DNA of 33,907 bases from a virus (lineage: Duplodnaviria; Caudoviricetes): positions 1 through 33,907 of IMG/VR virus record IMGVR_UViG_3300047561_001523. One strand, 5' to 3'. How positions within the stretch are numbered: the first letter of the stretch is position 1; each line of letters starts with the position of its first letter. The translations under genes were made by a program, and so were the position numbers. The notes under the pieces are model-generated. The model was not told where the DNA came from, made no database searches, and saw nothing but the letters and a program-made list of their open reading frames with translations. Of this stretch, positions 8,701 through 20,800 are shown piece after piece.

Positions 8701-11700
8701 CAGTCGTTGATGATGAATATGAAGATGATAATGAACTAGAAGGATTGTATGGATTTATTAAATAGGTTTGTGTTGGTGAATTGTATGGACCATACTTATG
8801 ATTTTGTGTTGCCAATCTAAATCTTATAGATCTTGAACCTAATGTACCAACAACTGTTTCTCCTGTAGCAAATGTTCCACTAGACATTGTAACTTCTAGA
8901 AGTTTTGGAACAATATAAGATGTCATATTGACATGATCAAAAAATGCATAAAATCTGCTAGTTGGTTTTAATCTTCTAGCAATAATTTCAATATTTCTGG
9001 ACCTCATAAATGTCAAAATTTCTCTTGACACTACTCTATCGCCAAGATTCGTAGAATCAAATCTTTCTTTTACGCCAAATTGGATTCCTTGTCTACTTTG
9101 ATTTGTGGTAGTTACTGTAGTTTGATTTGAAAAATTAACAAAACTATCTTGAAATGTTTGTGTTGTCGATTCTAATCTTGGTTGTCCAGTCCATGGAGTT
9201 AATGATGTATCCTCTCCTGTTTGAACAGATCCAGTTTGTGCGGTAAAAAATGCACCACTTTGAGATTGCTGGGAACCAGTCCAGCTAGTTTCCCAAGAAC
9301 CCCAATCTACTGGAGATAGTCCAGTATTCGTATCTACTCCTAATTGCTGAACAAATGAATTATATCCACCTTCAATGTCAGCAGTTCTTTGTGTTTTTCT
9401 AGTTTCAATCCATGTATCTGTCGAAGGACTTAATTCAATAGAACCAATCCAATTTATTGTATTGAACGGATTTACATTTTCTATTCTAGTAGCAAATTTA
9501 TTTGAAACATATTCAACATCCGAATAGTTCAAACAAACTACATCACCAACTCTTTTAATGTTTGGAGAACCAAGATCCGAAACAAATCTTAAATCAGCAT
9601 TTGGGTCAGATTGAGTACTAATACCAATATAAGATTCAGAACCAAGTAATAAATCGATACTAGTAGAATATGGTTGTGGTTTTAATTCGCCAACAGCAGT
9701 ATCTACACTTGCTTTATAAAGTGGATTTGAAATATCACCACCATTATAAGATTTAAAATTATCAACAAAGAAACCACACTTAAATCTGTCAAGTTGTGTA
9801 GTTTTATCTCTTATTGTTAAATTTTGTGTATCACTTTCCAATAATGATAATGAGGTATAATATTCCACATTTGACAATCTTTGATCTATGCTTGAAATAT
9901 CCTTCATTCTATATCTCTTATGAGATGCAAGATTGATTTTTATTGTAGATATGTCATATACGTAAGCGGGCAGATATACTGTTCCTATCTCCAAAGAAGA
10001 ATCTAATCCATTTGGTACTTTTGGCGATAGTGATGGAACTCCTTTATTGATTATAAATGCACCATCTTTATCTAAGAATATTCTATCAATTCTTGGCAAA
10101 TAATATGAATATGATAAATTTATATTTTTATCTTTTGCAAAAATATTTGTCGAAGAACCATTATTATTTGAAAAATTTCTTGATAAAAATTCAAATGGTG
10201 ATGTTGTTGAATTACCATTAAAATTAGAAACTCTTGGTCTACAATCCAAAATATCAGAAGTTCTTATTCCATTTACCGATGGTATATCAACACCATACCT
10301 ATCACTATCATAAGAAATGACACCAACAAAATCACCAGAATCTAAAGAATCAATCGTATAGTTATTAAATATAATTCTTATTTTTCTTGTTGGAGCAGAA
10401 AAACCAGATTTTCTTATAATTTTTGAATAATCAAGATATTCTGATTTTTGACCATTATCAAAAATATAATTATTTTTGATGTTTTTATCTCCTGGAAAAA
10501 CTATAGACACATTCCCTTGTATTCCAGATTCGTCAAAACTTATAAATTCATTTATTGAAAATGTATTTTCATTCATATATACAAAATCAATTTGATTAGT
10601 TCCTGAAGAAGAAACTAACATTCCAACGGCACCACTTTTTTCACCAATTATAATTTCCCCTTTTACCGCATTTAGAATATTAGATGACAAATTTGTAATT
10701 TGTAAATATGACAAACTTGGATCATCTGTAGTTGAAGATTCAATTACGGCAACAATATTACTTACATCAGGGACATTTAAAGAAATCTCTTTATCTTGTA
10801 CTCTCAGACCATATGCTGAACTATAGGTCAATCCATCATTTATAGATGTTGAACCTATTCCTGAACCATTGAATGATGATTTATTGACAATTAATGAAGA
10901 GCATCTATTAAATATTTTTTTTCTAGTTTTTACCTTTATTTTTTTAAATGTTACTGTTAAAACTGCTTGCCCGTTATTGCTAATATTCTGTAAAGTTATA
11001 GTCCTACCAGAAACTGTAACTTTTTGATCGCTTAATGTTTCAATAGATCCCCCATTAATGAATCCTAAATTATAATCTTCCTCATCAAATGGTTCTAAAG
11101 TTAAATTTGGGTCTGTCTCTAAAGTTTGTACTAAACCTCCGGAAGAAATAGTTACATTATAACTTTTTCTTATAATTATATTTGAACTTGTTAAATCTAG
11201 ATTTGATATGTTTGACTTATTTAATTTTGAATATAAAGAGACATCTCCAGTATTTAAAGTTAATGGTGTTATCTTTTTGAAATCTGATGTAGTTACTGAA
11301 GAAGATGGTACAGATCCACTACAAATTCCAGAAACTGAAGATAATGCGGAAATACTAATACTTTTTAATGATGTATTAACTTGAGATACTTTATTATAAG
11401 TCGGTAAATTTTCTCCAGGTTTTGTATATGATACAATATCTCCTGTATTGATGCCAACATAAAAATTATTTTTAGTTGATACAGTACTAATTCCTCCACT
11501 ACTTGCAGAAATTGTAAATTGAGATCCTTGTGAAGATAATAATATTGGATTTGATAGTAAAGTATCTGCCGAAAAACTTACTCCATTACCAACAATTTGA
11601 TGTAAATCTGAAATATTATAATCTCTAATACTAACAACAGTTCTGCTATTGTCTATACCATTAATTTGAATTTGTTCATCTTTATTAAATGAACCAGAAA

Positions 11701-13237
11701 CTTGATATAATGTTAATAAATTTGATGATGTTACATTATTAACTAGATATCCACTTGCTCCACTATTTTTACCTACAACATATGCTGGAGTATTTTGAGA
11801 TATTGTGGCATTTAGTGTTAGATTTGTATAGGTTTGGATATCATACAAAGAAATTTCATATTGAGTTGTGGCATCTGTATATGCAACATTTTTTAATTTT
11901 AAATCATATACTCTCGCAATGCCAATTTTATCTCCAGAAGAAATACCCGAAGCCACAGTCCTGCCATTATATAGATTTACCTGTGAGGTTGTTCCAAATC
12001 CGACAGGTATTGAACCATTTACATTATTTAAAATAATTTGCCTTCCAAGATTAAATGGAATTGCTTGATTATAATCACCATCTGTTGTTCTTGTCTTTTC
12101 TACATCTATAATTGTATTATTAATAGTTTCTACTTCATATCCCCTCACATATGCTTTTCCTGGACTTACTAATAAGCAAAATAAATCATTTGAAGCAGCA
12201 TTTCCTTGTCTAGTTCTTTGGTTTTTATAATATATTCCATCATTTCCTATTCTATTATTTAAAGATTCTTTTGGAGAAATTTCAAAAGATTTTACATAGT
12301 AGTCCCCAGATTCATCATAAGTTCTTCTTGCAAATTCATCCCTAATTAAATTATAATTTGAATTTTTTACAAATTTTTGTAAACTTCCATTTTCTAATCT
12401 CAGCAATTCAATGAAATTTTCATCATTAAATTCAGTTAATCCTTTTTTAATTAAAGTAGTAGAAATCTTTAATCTATCTGCTCCTGGGGCAGCATAATTT
12501 GAAAATCCTTGAGCATTATCAAATAAATCCAAATATTCATCAGATGCTACAACAATTTCTTCATCAATCAATAAACCAACTCTATATGATGGTGAATTTG
12601 AATAATAATCTAAAATTATTGTTTGAGCATCTACTTTAATAAAAAATCCACGAATAAAATAAATACCCTCAGCAATTTTTGCAGCAGAACCTATAGAGGT
12701 TGGATTTGATAAAATTGTAGTAGCAAATGTCGAACCTGCTCTTATATTTGATAGTGAATATTCAACATCATCTAAAATAATAAGATTTTCTCCACCAATA
12801 AAAGATGTTGTAGAAAAATCTGTGTCACTAGAACTTTGGTATTTAATATATAAAGTATTGTTTGTTATTTCTGTTTGATTTTCGGAAGGTTGTATATAAT
12901 TTTCAACTTTTGCCTTTACGCCACTTGTTTCTCCTTGAATTACTTTTCCTACAAGATTTTTAATATAAAGAGATACCGGTAAACCCAAATGATATTCATC
13001 AATCTGAACTGCAGTATACTCTGGATCATAAGCAATTTGTCCAGGAATAACTACTGAACCTTCCTTAAAAATATGACTTCCAAATTTTTCAATCTGATTT
13101 TGTAATATTGATTGTAAAGTTGTTAGTTCTCTGGCTTGTATTGGTGTTCCTGGTTTGAAAAGTACTCTTTGATAATTTTTTGAATCAGAAAAATCATCAA
13201 AATAAGGAGATACATTGAGGTTAGTTTTTTGTGGCAT
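5750..13237 (-). CDS. large virion structural protein, VrlC/DUF4815-like (baseplate-associated), 2495 aa
   Basis: Motifs NLNVSPYFDDF..RVLFKPG..QARELTTLQSILQNQ, APGADRLKI, RRTYDESGDY, DRFKCGFFVDNF, DPLAQSF and GSLFKSQNGATW; C-terminal PRIKDLRAIA; follows gp8. Confidence 0.88.
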   Translation of the reverse strand: MPQKTNLNVSPYFDDFSDSKNYQRVLFKPGTPIQARELTTLQSILQNQIEKFGSHIFKEGSVVIPGQIAYDPEYTAVQIDEYHLGLPVSLYIKNLVGKVIQGETSGVKAKVENYIQPSENQTEITNNTLYIKYQSSSDTDFSTTSFIGGENLIILDDVEYSLSNIRAGSTFATTILSNPTSIGSAAKIAEGIYFIRGFFIKVDAQTIILDYYSNSPSYRVGLLIDEEIVVASDEYLDLFDNAQGFSNYAAPGADRLKISTTLIKKGLTEFNDENFIELLRLENGSLQKFVKNSNYNLIRDEFARRTYDESGDYYVKSFEISPKESLNNRIGNDGIYYKNQRTRQGNAASNDLFCLLVSPGKAYVRGYEVETINNTIIDVEKTRTTDGDYNQAIPFNLGRQIILNNVNGSIPVGFGTTSQVNLYNGRTVASGISSGDKIGIARVYDLKLKNVAYTDATTQYEISLYDIQTYTNLTLNATISQNTPAYVVGKNSGASGYLVNNVTSSNLLTLYQVSGSFNKDEQIQINGIDNSRTVVSIRDYNISDLHQIVGNGVSFSADTLLSNPILLSSQGSQFTISASSGGISTVSTKNNFYVGINTGDIVSYTKPGENLPTYNKVSQVNTSLKSISISALSSVSGICSGSVPSSSVTTSDFKKITPLTLNTGDVSLYSKLNKSNISNLDLTSSNIIIRKSYNVTISSGGLVQTLETDPNLTLEPFDEEDYNLGFINGGSIETLSDQKVTVSGRTITLQNISNNGQAVLTVTFKKIKVKTRKKIFNRCSSLIVNKSSFNGSGIGSTSINDGLTYSSAYGLRVQDKEISLNVPDVSNIVAVIESSTTDDPSLSYLQITNLSSNILNAVKGEIIIGEKSGAVGMLVSSSGTNQIDFVYMNENTFSINEFISFDESGIQGNVSIVFPGDKNIKNNYIFDNGQKSEYLDYSKIIRKSGFSAPTRKIRIIFNNYTIDSLDSGDFVGVISYDSDRYGVDIPSVNGIRTSDILDCRPRVSNFNGNSTTSPFEFLSRNFSNNNGSSTNIFAKDKNINLSYSYYLPRIDRIFLDKDGAFIINKGVPSLSPKVPNGLDSSLEIGTVYLPAYVYDISTIKINLASHKRYRMKDISSIDQRLSNVEYYTSLSLLESDTQNLTIRDKTTQLDRFKCGFFVDNFKSYNGGDISNPLYKASVDTAVGELKPQPYSTSIDLLLGSESYIGISTQSDPNADLRFVSDLGSPNIKRVGDVVCLNYSDVEYVSNKFATRIENVNPFNTINWIGSIELSPSTDTWIETRKTQRTADIEGGYNSFVQQLGVDTNTGLSPVDWGSWETSWTGSQQSQSGAFFTAQTGSVQTGEDTSLTPWTGQPRLESTTQTFQDSFVNFSNQTTVTTTNQSRQGIQFGVKERFDSTNLGDRVVSREILTFMRSRNIEIIARRLKPTSRFYAFFDHVNMTSYIVPKLLEVTMSSGTFATGETVVGTLGSRSIRFRLATQNHKYGPYNSPTQTYLINPYNPSSSLSSSYSSSTTVLNIDTASLEIQSQSGFYGSVIADMQLVGQSSKSICKVKNIRLISDNVGTFIGSLFIPDPTTPSTPSFVTGTKTLRLTTSDVDSQISGFSESSAESNFTSSGTLDNVEATTLRIRNAEISRDVRTDQRVTTETDTRIVANTSFGNRSVTNSRWVDPLAQSFEVNDSNGIFVTKCDVFFRSKSTNNLPVTLQIRTMTTGLPTQTILPFGEIVLDSDSVSLSEDASVPTTFTFPSPVYLESGNAYALVLMSASDQYNVWISRMGEFDVSTATKPESEKIIVSQQPLLGSLFKSQNGATWDASQLEDLKFTLYRANFTTEPASVRFYNPILDIGNKQIVSLRPNPLKMYSKSSLIGIGTSIGSSDQIQLTNGVKILQTNNASFSASLNGVLGSISQNTTLSITNAGSGYTSGPTLYSNVNLVSITGYGKGAKANITISNGVAVAATVSVGGTGYNYGDVLTISPSDTGSFGKNLLLSIPNTSGIITSINSLIINNVQGKINTTDPTKYIQYIGSTGTNTITNGNVTTFVEIGDGLRFTINHNNHGMYSSQNKVTLSGIEPDLTPSRLSSSYAYNSTNNIILSSVGIFTSFENVAVSAANTGYALIQNEIIRYTGVDVPTNSLTGISRGISPGDYSANELVFKYELNGVSLNRINKTHNISNSYNIDLDEYSISLDTTKDGVDRTTGNVNGYPELYFNETKSGGSYNSSLSVTNSLKGPKATQNIPFNIIRPNIQTLTPSTTEISSRIRTFSGTSSDGTESSFIDQGYEDISLNSDNILLSPRIIASRVNENNQLSNYPGRKSFTLEMLFSTKDSKVSPMVDLDRVNIITIMTRLNSPVQNYSTDFRVNTLVDDPHAAIYISKIINLKQSANSLKVLFDAFRNSTSDIRVMYRLLRDDATSQQQFFELFPGYMNIDNEGNVINAKDSSGLSDKLVLPSTTSSDFGSYEFTADNVAPFNGFQIKILMSGTNQALYPRIKDLRAIATVS

Positions 13238-13243
13238 TTTCTT

Positions 13244-14830
13244 TTAAAATTCCAATATAATTTTAATATCTTCTTTTTGGCTAGAAGATCTGGGAATAGG
13301 TGCTCTATTATCTATGTATATGATTTCTCCTGACCTTTTGTTGTATTCTGCTGTTGCAATACCAGATTTAAATGTCATTCCAAGTTGATATGTTCTATTG
13401 TATGTTGAAATTGCTACACCATTAAATGAATTATCAATAACTAATGGAGTTGTTCCATTCATAGATGATCCAGTAATAGTTAAATTTCCCCCAGTCAACG
13501 GAGATGATGTAAACTCATTCAACTTATATCCAACCCCATAAGTTGCTAAACCGACAGGTTGATAATATTTAAGTACTCCAGTAACATTGTCCCAAGATGC
13601 CACAAAAGCAATCGCAGTTGAACCTGTTCCGATGGTCTGAGTAATTGTAGAATCAACTGCATAAGTTGTTACTGTATTTGGATCTACAATTTTAAGTTTA
13701 AGTGCATTTGTTCCACTCACCAAGGATGTATTTAAAAGTTCTACATTACTGCCAGATATTGTTGGATTTTTTACTATTCCAACTCTTGAAAAATCATTTC
13801 CCGTAATAACATCTGGATTGGAATCTAAAGTTTCATATCTAGAATAAACTAAAACACGATAGGCACCCAACTCTCGGTAAATATCATATCCATGACCACC
13901 TTTTGGTGGAATTATAACATCAAAAGATGCAAAAGAATCGGTTCCCACTCCAGAATTTGTTAATGAATCCGTAATACCTGGAGCGCCAGGATAAAATTGA
14001 ATTGTTCCGTAAGTATAATTTTGTCCACCATCGGTAATGTATACTTCGGAAACTTTCCCAAAAGAATCTGTAGTTATTGTAACTTTTCCGCCAGTACCAT
14101 CTCCCAAAATTGGAATATTTGTAAATGTAGAAGAAGTTGGATTATAAGAAATTCCTCTTTTTTTAATTACAACAGAATTTATTTTCCCATTTACGGCATT
14201 TGCCTTTGTTGATATACTTTCTCCACCTGTTCCCCAGTTCTCTGGGACAGGAATATATTCAATCGAATCAAATTTAACTATTTCTGATGGTTTTATTGTA
14301 TATAGATATTTCCAAATATATTCATCTCCAGATGTTCCTGCAATTCTTGGTTCTAAATCTATAAAAGTTGGTTGATCGTATGATGGTTTTCCATTTGGAT
14401 TTTCTGGATTGGATCCATTACTCAAACATATATAAACTCTTAAATCATCATTTATTACATAATAATTTGATTGATATAAACTTGATTGTTTAGTTATTGG
14501 TGTTTTGTTGTAAATGCTATAATCATGACGATACATCTCATAAGTAGTTCCTGCCGTCCAGGACACCTTTCTTATCATTCTACGAACATCGTCCGTAGTG
14601 ATTTGCTTCATGGCAATTATGGTATCTTTTATATCATTTTCTTCTTTGAAATTATCCAATGGAGAAGGTCCAGATCCCCATACTGAAGACCCTCCTGCTC
14701 GTGAATCAGTAGAATTTGGTTGTCCAATAAATGTATAATATTTATTAAAGGTTTGTCCTATTCCAATCAAGCTTTTTACGAAAGTTTCAGCATTCAATAC
14801 TCTAAATTGATCAGATATGATAGCAGGCAT
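13244..14830 (-). CDS. g8: baseplate wedge subunit (gp8-like)
   Basis: Motifs AIISDQFRVLNA, YYVINDDLRVYICLSN, YIWKYLYTI and IIPPKGGHG; C-terminal GEIIYIDNR..QKEDIKIILEF. Confidence 0.93.
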   Translation of the reverse strand: MPAIISDQFRVLNAETFVKSLIGIGQTFNKYYTFIGQPNSTDSRAGGSSVWGSGPSPLDNFKEENDIKDTIIAMKQITTDDVRRMIRKVSWTAGTTYEMYRHDYSIYNKTPITKQSSLYQSNYYVINDDLRVYICLSNGSNPENPNGKPSYDQPTFIDLEPRIAGTSGDEYIWKYLYTIKPSEIVKFDSIEYIPVPENWGTGGESISTKANAVNGKINSVVIKKRGISYNPTSSTFTNIPILGDGTGGKVTITTDSFGKVSEVYITDGGQNYTYGTIQFYPGAPGITDSLTNSGVGTDSFASFDVIIPPKGGHGYDIYRELGAYRVLVYSRYETLDSNPDVITGNDFSRVGIVKNPTISGSNVELLNTSLVSGTNALKLKIVDPNTVTTYAVDSTITQTIGTGSTAIAFVASWDNVTGVLKYYQPVGLATYGVGYKLNEFTSSPLTGGNLTITGSSMNGTTPLVIDNSFNGVAISTYNRTYQLGMTFKSGIATAEYNKRSGEIIYIDNRAPIPRSSSQKEDIKIILEF

Positions 14831-14845
14831 TTTATTTTAAGTTTT

Positions 14846-14858
14846 TATTTATTTATTT
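14846..14858 (-). promoter_or_regulatory. T4-like late promoter(s), overlapping AAATAAATAAATA, for g8
   Basis: Tandem ATAAATA cores at the gp7 stop, 16-26 nt before the g8 ATG. Confidence 0.6.
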
Positions 14859-17800
14859 ACTTTTAAATAATCCTCTAGTTCTTGTTACTTCGGGAGATGA
14901 TGATAGTCCAGATAATCCATTACTATTGTTGACTATAAACTGTTGTGGCAATCCAATCCCTCTATTTTGGTAACTATATATTTTCCCCCAACTATATTTA
15001 CCATAAAAATTATTCAAACTATTATTTGCATTTACAAAAATTCTATCCGAATATCCAGGAGCAGGTAAGAATGAGCAAAATACTGAAACAATTCCAACTC
15101 CAGAAGATTGGACACTTTCCGCACGATATACGCCATCAATAAAACTATTTGCTACTCCAACAATAGATGTATTTCCTCCAATTGTTGTGATTCCCGTTAA
15201 GGTATGTCCACATGCTACGTTAGTATTATATAATACGAAATAATCTCCAGTAGATATTCCACTTGCATATACCCCATAACTATCAAGAGCAGAATATCCA
15301 ATTCCTAATGTTGTATTGTCATAGCTTTCAGATTTTAATTTAAAAATTAATTTCGGAATAGTTGATCCTGTTCCTACTGAAGTGTCTACTCCAACAATTA
15401 TTCCGAAATCACCTTTTGCTTTAATTGATATAATTTTTTCTATTTTTACTTTTTCTGTTTCAATTAATACATTTGGAGGATTTTTCTGATCATACCCAAA
15501 TCCAGAATTTGTTATAGTTATTGAAGTGACTATTCCTGACGATACGGAAGAAATAGCAGTTGCAGGATTATAAGAAGGAATAGAATATATTGAAGTGGCA
15601 CCATTTCCAACTAAGACATAATTACTGGAATTTGATAAGTACAAAATATCCTTTATTGTGTTTAACTGGTTTGTTGATCTTTTTGACCAATTTTGCAAAT
15701 CAAATGAATAATATAAGTTACCATTAGAATCTAACAATGTATATAATTGAGTATCATTGCTATAATTAATATTAATAAAGTTTCCTGTAATATTTGAATT
15801 AATTAAAGTCCAATCGCTCCACGTATCATTTGCTGTTGATGAAGTCAAAATAACATTTCCATTTCCAATCACAACATATCTTGATCCGTCCCAAATAATT
15901 TTATTTAAATTTTGTGAAGTGATGAAACTTGAGTTAGAATCCCAATAAGTACCAACAATAGATTTTGAAATGGTTCCATTATTTCCAACTGCAACAACTT
16001 TATTTCCATATGCAATTGAATTTAAATTTTGTATTGTATTTGATTGTTCCATAATAAATGCTGTTGTGCCAATACCAACTCCAGAAAAAATTGTTCCACC
16101 ATATCCAACGCAGAACCATTTATTGAGATTTGAGAAATATTTAATATCATTAAATGTGGATATATAATTACTATTGATTTTTTGTATAATACCAAATGAA
16201 CCAACTTGTTCATATTTGTTTATTTCTGTCCAAGATGAAACAGTTGTCCCAAAACCAACAGCAGTTATAATTTTCCCATATTCTCCTACAGAAACGTACC
16301 GATTTGTTCCTGCAAAAGAAACAGAATTAAATGTGATTGTTTTTGAATATCCAACATTTGTTACTGTATTGTAAACTTTTCCATCAGTAGATATTGCTAC
16401 TAATCCACTTTGTCCAACAGAAACTATAGGATTTCCATATACAATTGATAATAAATTTGAATTTGTAGATAATCCAGAGGATGCACTCCAAGTTAAAATT
16501 GGATCTTTTTTGTTAATTGATATTGATGATATTGCAACTTTTGGTGAAGTGGTATAAGCATATCCAGAACCACCATCAGAGATTATTATTGAAGAAATAG
16601 TACTTGCATAGGAAACTACTGCCGTTGCAATTGCTGTAGTTGTATCTTTATTGTCTATTATTAATATATTTCTATCTTCTTCTGGTAATAAATCAACATC
16701 ACTAAACAATGGAAAAGCATTATTTACATATATTTCAGTATCATCAATATTTACACTTTTTGTTAATTTTGTTGTTGGTTGAATTGTTGGGACTAAACTT
16801 GGTCTTGCTTTTGATATTAATGAACCATTTATAATTCTATCTTGAGTTTGTTTTGTCCATACTAATGGTCTAAGTTTATTTGGATCTGTAACAATACCAA
16901 TGGCATCATAATTATAAGTATCAAGTTGATCACTAGATACTATTCTTTTCACTACTCTATCAAATTGTTCTATATCATAAGAATCGTAAATATTTTCTCC
17001 AATTTTGACTATATCTCCTTCTTTTATTGTTTTTGGTGGATTTATCGTCTCCACATCTAATGACGATCCTCTATAAAAAAGAACAGAACACTTTGAACCA
17101 GATTTTGGTGGTTCTGTAAATACTACTCTGCTTCCAGTTAATGTATAAGATTCACCAGGATTTTGTAGAATATCATTTAAATACACAAATAGATTATTTT
17201 CCAAAATAATATCTGATCCCGGATTTTTTTTCAAATCTACAACTTCTGTATTATTAGAAATTGTTTGAGTTAGAGTAAATTTTGTACGAGATCCATTAAA
17301 ATATGACGAAAAATCATCAAAGTAAATAAATTGACCAGGATAAAAACCACTAAATTTATCTGTCATTGTTTCTGTCACTGTAATTCTAAATTCACTGAAT
17401 CCTATTCCAATATTTGGATTTGTTGTTATTCCGACAACTTTAAGTACATCTCCAATTTTATATCCAACTCCTGTATTTAATAAATCAAATTGAATAATGC
17501 TAGATCCAGCACCAACTTGAATTGATGCCTTTGCTCCAAAACCATTTCCACTAGAACCTCCAGTATATGCAATACTTAGATTATTATATGAAAGTGGTGG
17601 ATCTACTAATACCTTATTTAAAGACGTGGATGTATAACCAATGCCACCATTAATTATGGAGAACCCAGTTATAGTTCCTCCCAATCCAACAGTTGCAATA
17701 ATTGATGCACCAATGCCAATTGTCGATGCAATACTAATTGATGGAGGGGTCCTGTAACCACTTCCAGGACCTCTTAATGTAATAAAATTAATTGTGCCTG

Positions 17801-20800
17801 CAGCAGATACTGATACAGTTGCTGCTGCTCCAACTAAAGGCTGATAACCATATCCTGTAGTTATAGCAACATTTGATATTCTCCCTGCATTTGGAATACC
17901 AGTTAAGAATTTTAATGTGTTTGATCCGGGTGTATCTATTCTATAATCAACTTCTGGAACTTGAAAAACATTATTAATTAAAATAATTGGATTATTGTCA
18001 ATATCTGTAGAACTATTCGTATTTGTATACAAACCAACCACACTTTGTGTGTTGGACTTGAGTAAAAATTCAGTTGCACCAATTCCATTAAATTGGTCAG
18101 ATATATCATCTAAAATTATATTTTTATCGACTGTATTCGAAGAATCAAATGCTCTTGAAAATACTCTCCCGGCAAAAGAAGATCTTGACACCAATTCAGG
18201 ATCTGTAGACGCTATTGTTGGACCATAAGGAGGAGTAGAGAAGTATATTGTATCACTAATAATATTAAAGTCGCCCTTAAATACAGTTACTGCTGCACCA
18301 ACTGTATGTGCTGCAGAAACAGTTCCCATAAATTCTCTTGTCACATCAATTTTATTTGTAGACCCAATACCTATTGAGTTTATTTTTAAATATTCATTAT
18401 CAATTTGAAGAATATCATTATTGAAAATGGAATTAATTCCAGAAGAAATGAATATTGATGTAGATCCAATTCCAATTGAAGTAGAAAGTCCAATCGTAAT
18501 ATTTTTTCTATGTAAAGGACTTTGAATGATATTATCAATTGATATAATTACATTTTCATTTGCATTTTTAAAATTAAATGATTGAGTTCCACTTCCTAGA
18601 GTTTTTAAATCTAATGGAGAATAAAGTGTTGTAGAAAGACCACCTATTTGGAAACTATTCGAATCAATTTTACGAACAAAAATATTTGATGGTAATTTTT
18701 TAGTTCCCAACTCTGTCGCAGAAAGATAAAGATTATCAAGAGGTGTTGTTCCTCCAATATAAGTTCCGGCAATTGATATTTGATCAGTAGAACCATAACC
18801 AGAACCACCATCAACTATAGAAACTAAACTTATATCTTTATTTGCATCTCTTGTAACATTAAATATTGCTCCAGTTCCAAGACCAGTAGATGAAGATATA
18901 AGATTCGAATATGTAGAGTTTGCAGTTCCGACTCTTGTTGATGAAAGTTTTGATATTGTAAAATACAAATTATTTGTTGGAGTCGATCCTCCCATATAAG
19001 TTCCAGCAATTGATATTTGCTGTCCAACTGAATAACCTTTTCCTCCATCTATCAACTGTACAGAAGTTCCAATAGGAACTCCTGTACTATTATTGTATGT
19101 TATAAGAACTTGGAATAGTGCTCCTGTACCTATTCCTGTATTTACTGTACTTGGAAGTGGATTACCAAATCCAAAATATTGAGAAAATATACCCGGAGAA
19201 ACTGTAGTACTAATTCCAGTAACAACACCAACATTCGGAACATAGCTATTATAACCATTTTCATATATTGCACTACCAATTCCTGCGCCAACTTTCATAA
19301 CAACATCCAAACTCCCTAAAGCATAAGATGTTGTCGCAATACCAATTGCTGTTCCTGAATTTGAATTATAGATTATTTCTTGTCCAGTTTGAAAATTATG
19401 ATTTGGGATTATGAATTTGTTATTTTCCAAATCTATAATCGTAGAAGCAGAACCTACGAATTCTTTATAAAATATTGGAATTCCGCTTGATTTGAGTTTA
19501 AATGTAGACAATCCAACAACCGATCCACCCAAAGTAGTTGTTATTCCTGTAAATTGTGAACTTATGTCGTCAATATTGTAAACTTTATTTGTTTTATTTA
19601 AAGTATATGACCTTAATGCCGTCCCTTCAGTAAAATAAATTCTTTCAACTGAATTGTCATCCAATTTGTCATCTTCATATACCATTGCAAAATTATTTTT
19701 TGTATAAAAAGAAGAATTATTGTCAATATTTACAAGTAAAAATGGATCAGGATTTATTGCATTCACTTTCATATTTGTTGATTTTGCAATTCCAAGATTT
19801 ATTGGACCTTCGGATGTAGTACCAATAATATCCAAATCCGAAAACTCTTTAAATCCTGATGGATGAATGATTGATCTGACAGATTCTTTCCATTCAGTAT
19901 AAGGCATTTCTCCTTTAATTGAATATGAGAATTTTTGATAATACTTATTATCTGAAATTCTTTGTTGTGAATCATTTAAAAATCCAACTCTGTCTCCAAA
20001 ATCATTAATTTTATCTCTAGTAACATTAAAAGTTACTGGTAAATTGAATCTATTTACGTATTTTACTACTCCATTTAATTTTGATTTTTCGCCTAATAGT
20101 TTGTCACCAATATTTAAAGTTCCTTGAGCGTCTATTAATCTGATTTGTTTATTGTCAATATCCCACCCATTTTCCATTACAACAGCAGAGAAATTGGAAG
20201 ATGTTACTCTCTCTCCAGATAAGTATTTCGAATCATCTATTATTTTCATTTCAAATTGTGCTGTATCTTTTTTATTGACAATATAACCATAAGTTAATAT
20301 GCTATTATAATTTCCAAATAATCCTGTTTGTAAACCTGACATTGTATAATCAATACTATAATTTGAGGTATTGACACCAACTACAGTAAAATAGTTGTAA
20401 CCATAATCTTTTGAATTAAAGTTTGCCGAACTCGCACTTCCTACTGTCAATCTGCATTTTTCTACAAAAATTTGATCACCAATAGAAAATGGAAATACAA
20501 AATCAGTTGCACCATAACCACTCTTAATGTATGGATTGATATTATCAATAAGAAACTCTACTCTTACTGTTCCTGGTGTTGTTAATGGATAAATTGTGTC
20601 GATTTCATAACCATTCGAATTATTATATGCAACAATGTTTAATGGTGATTTTAGATTATAAGAATTTTTTATAACATTAACTTTCAAAACAGAGTTGCCT
20701 TGAATTTCAGCAGACAATTCAATTTCAGTATTTCCAATTACTTTCAACTTCGGTGAAGTATTATAATTTTTTCCTCCAGTCAAAATTCCAATATAATCAA

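Noticed and set aside
3893-13237. Absence of recognisable T4 g9-g12 and wac between g8 and g13
   Set aside because: This is the usual arrangement in cyanophage-type T4-like genomes, so it is not novel.
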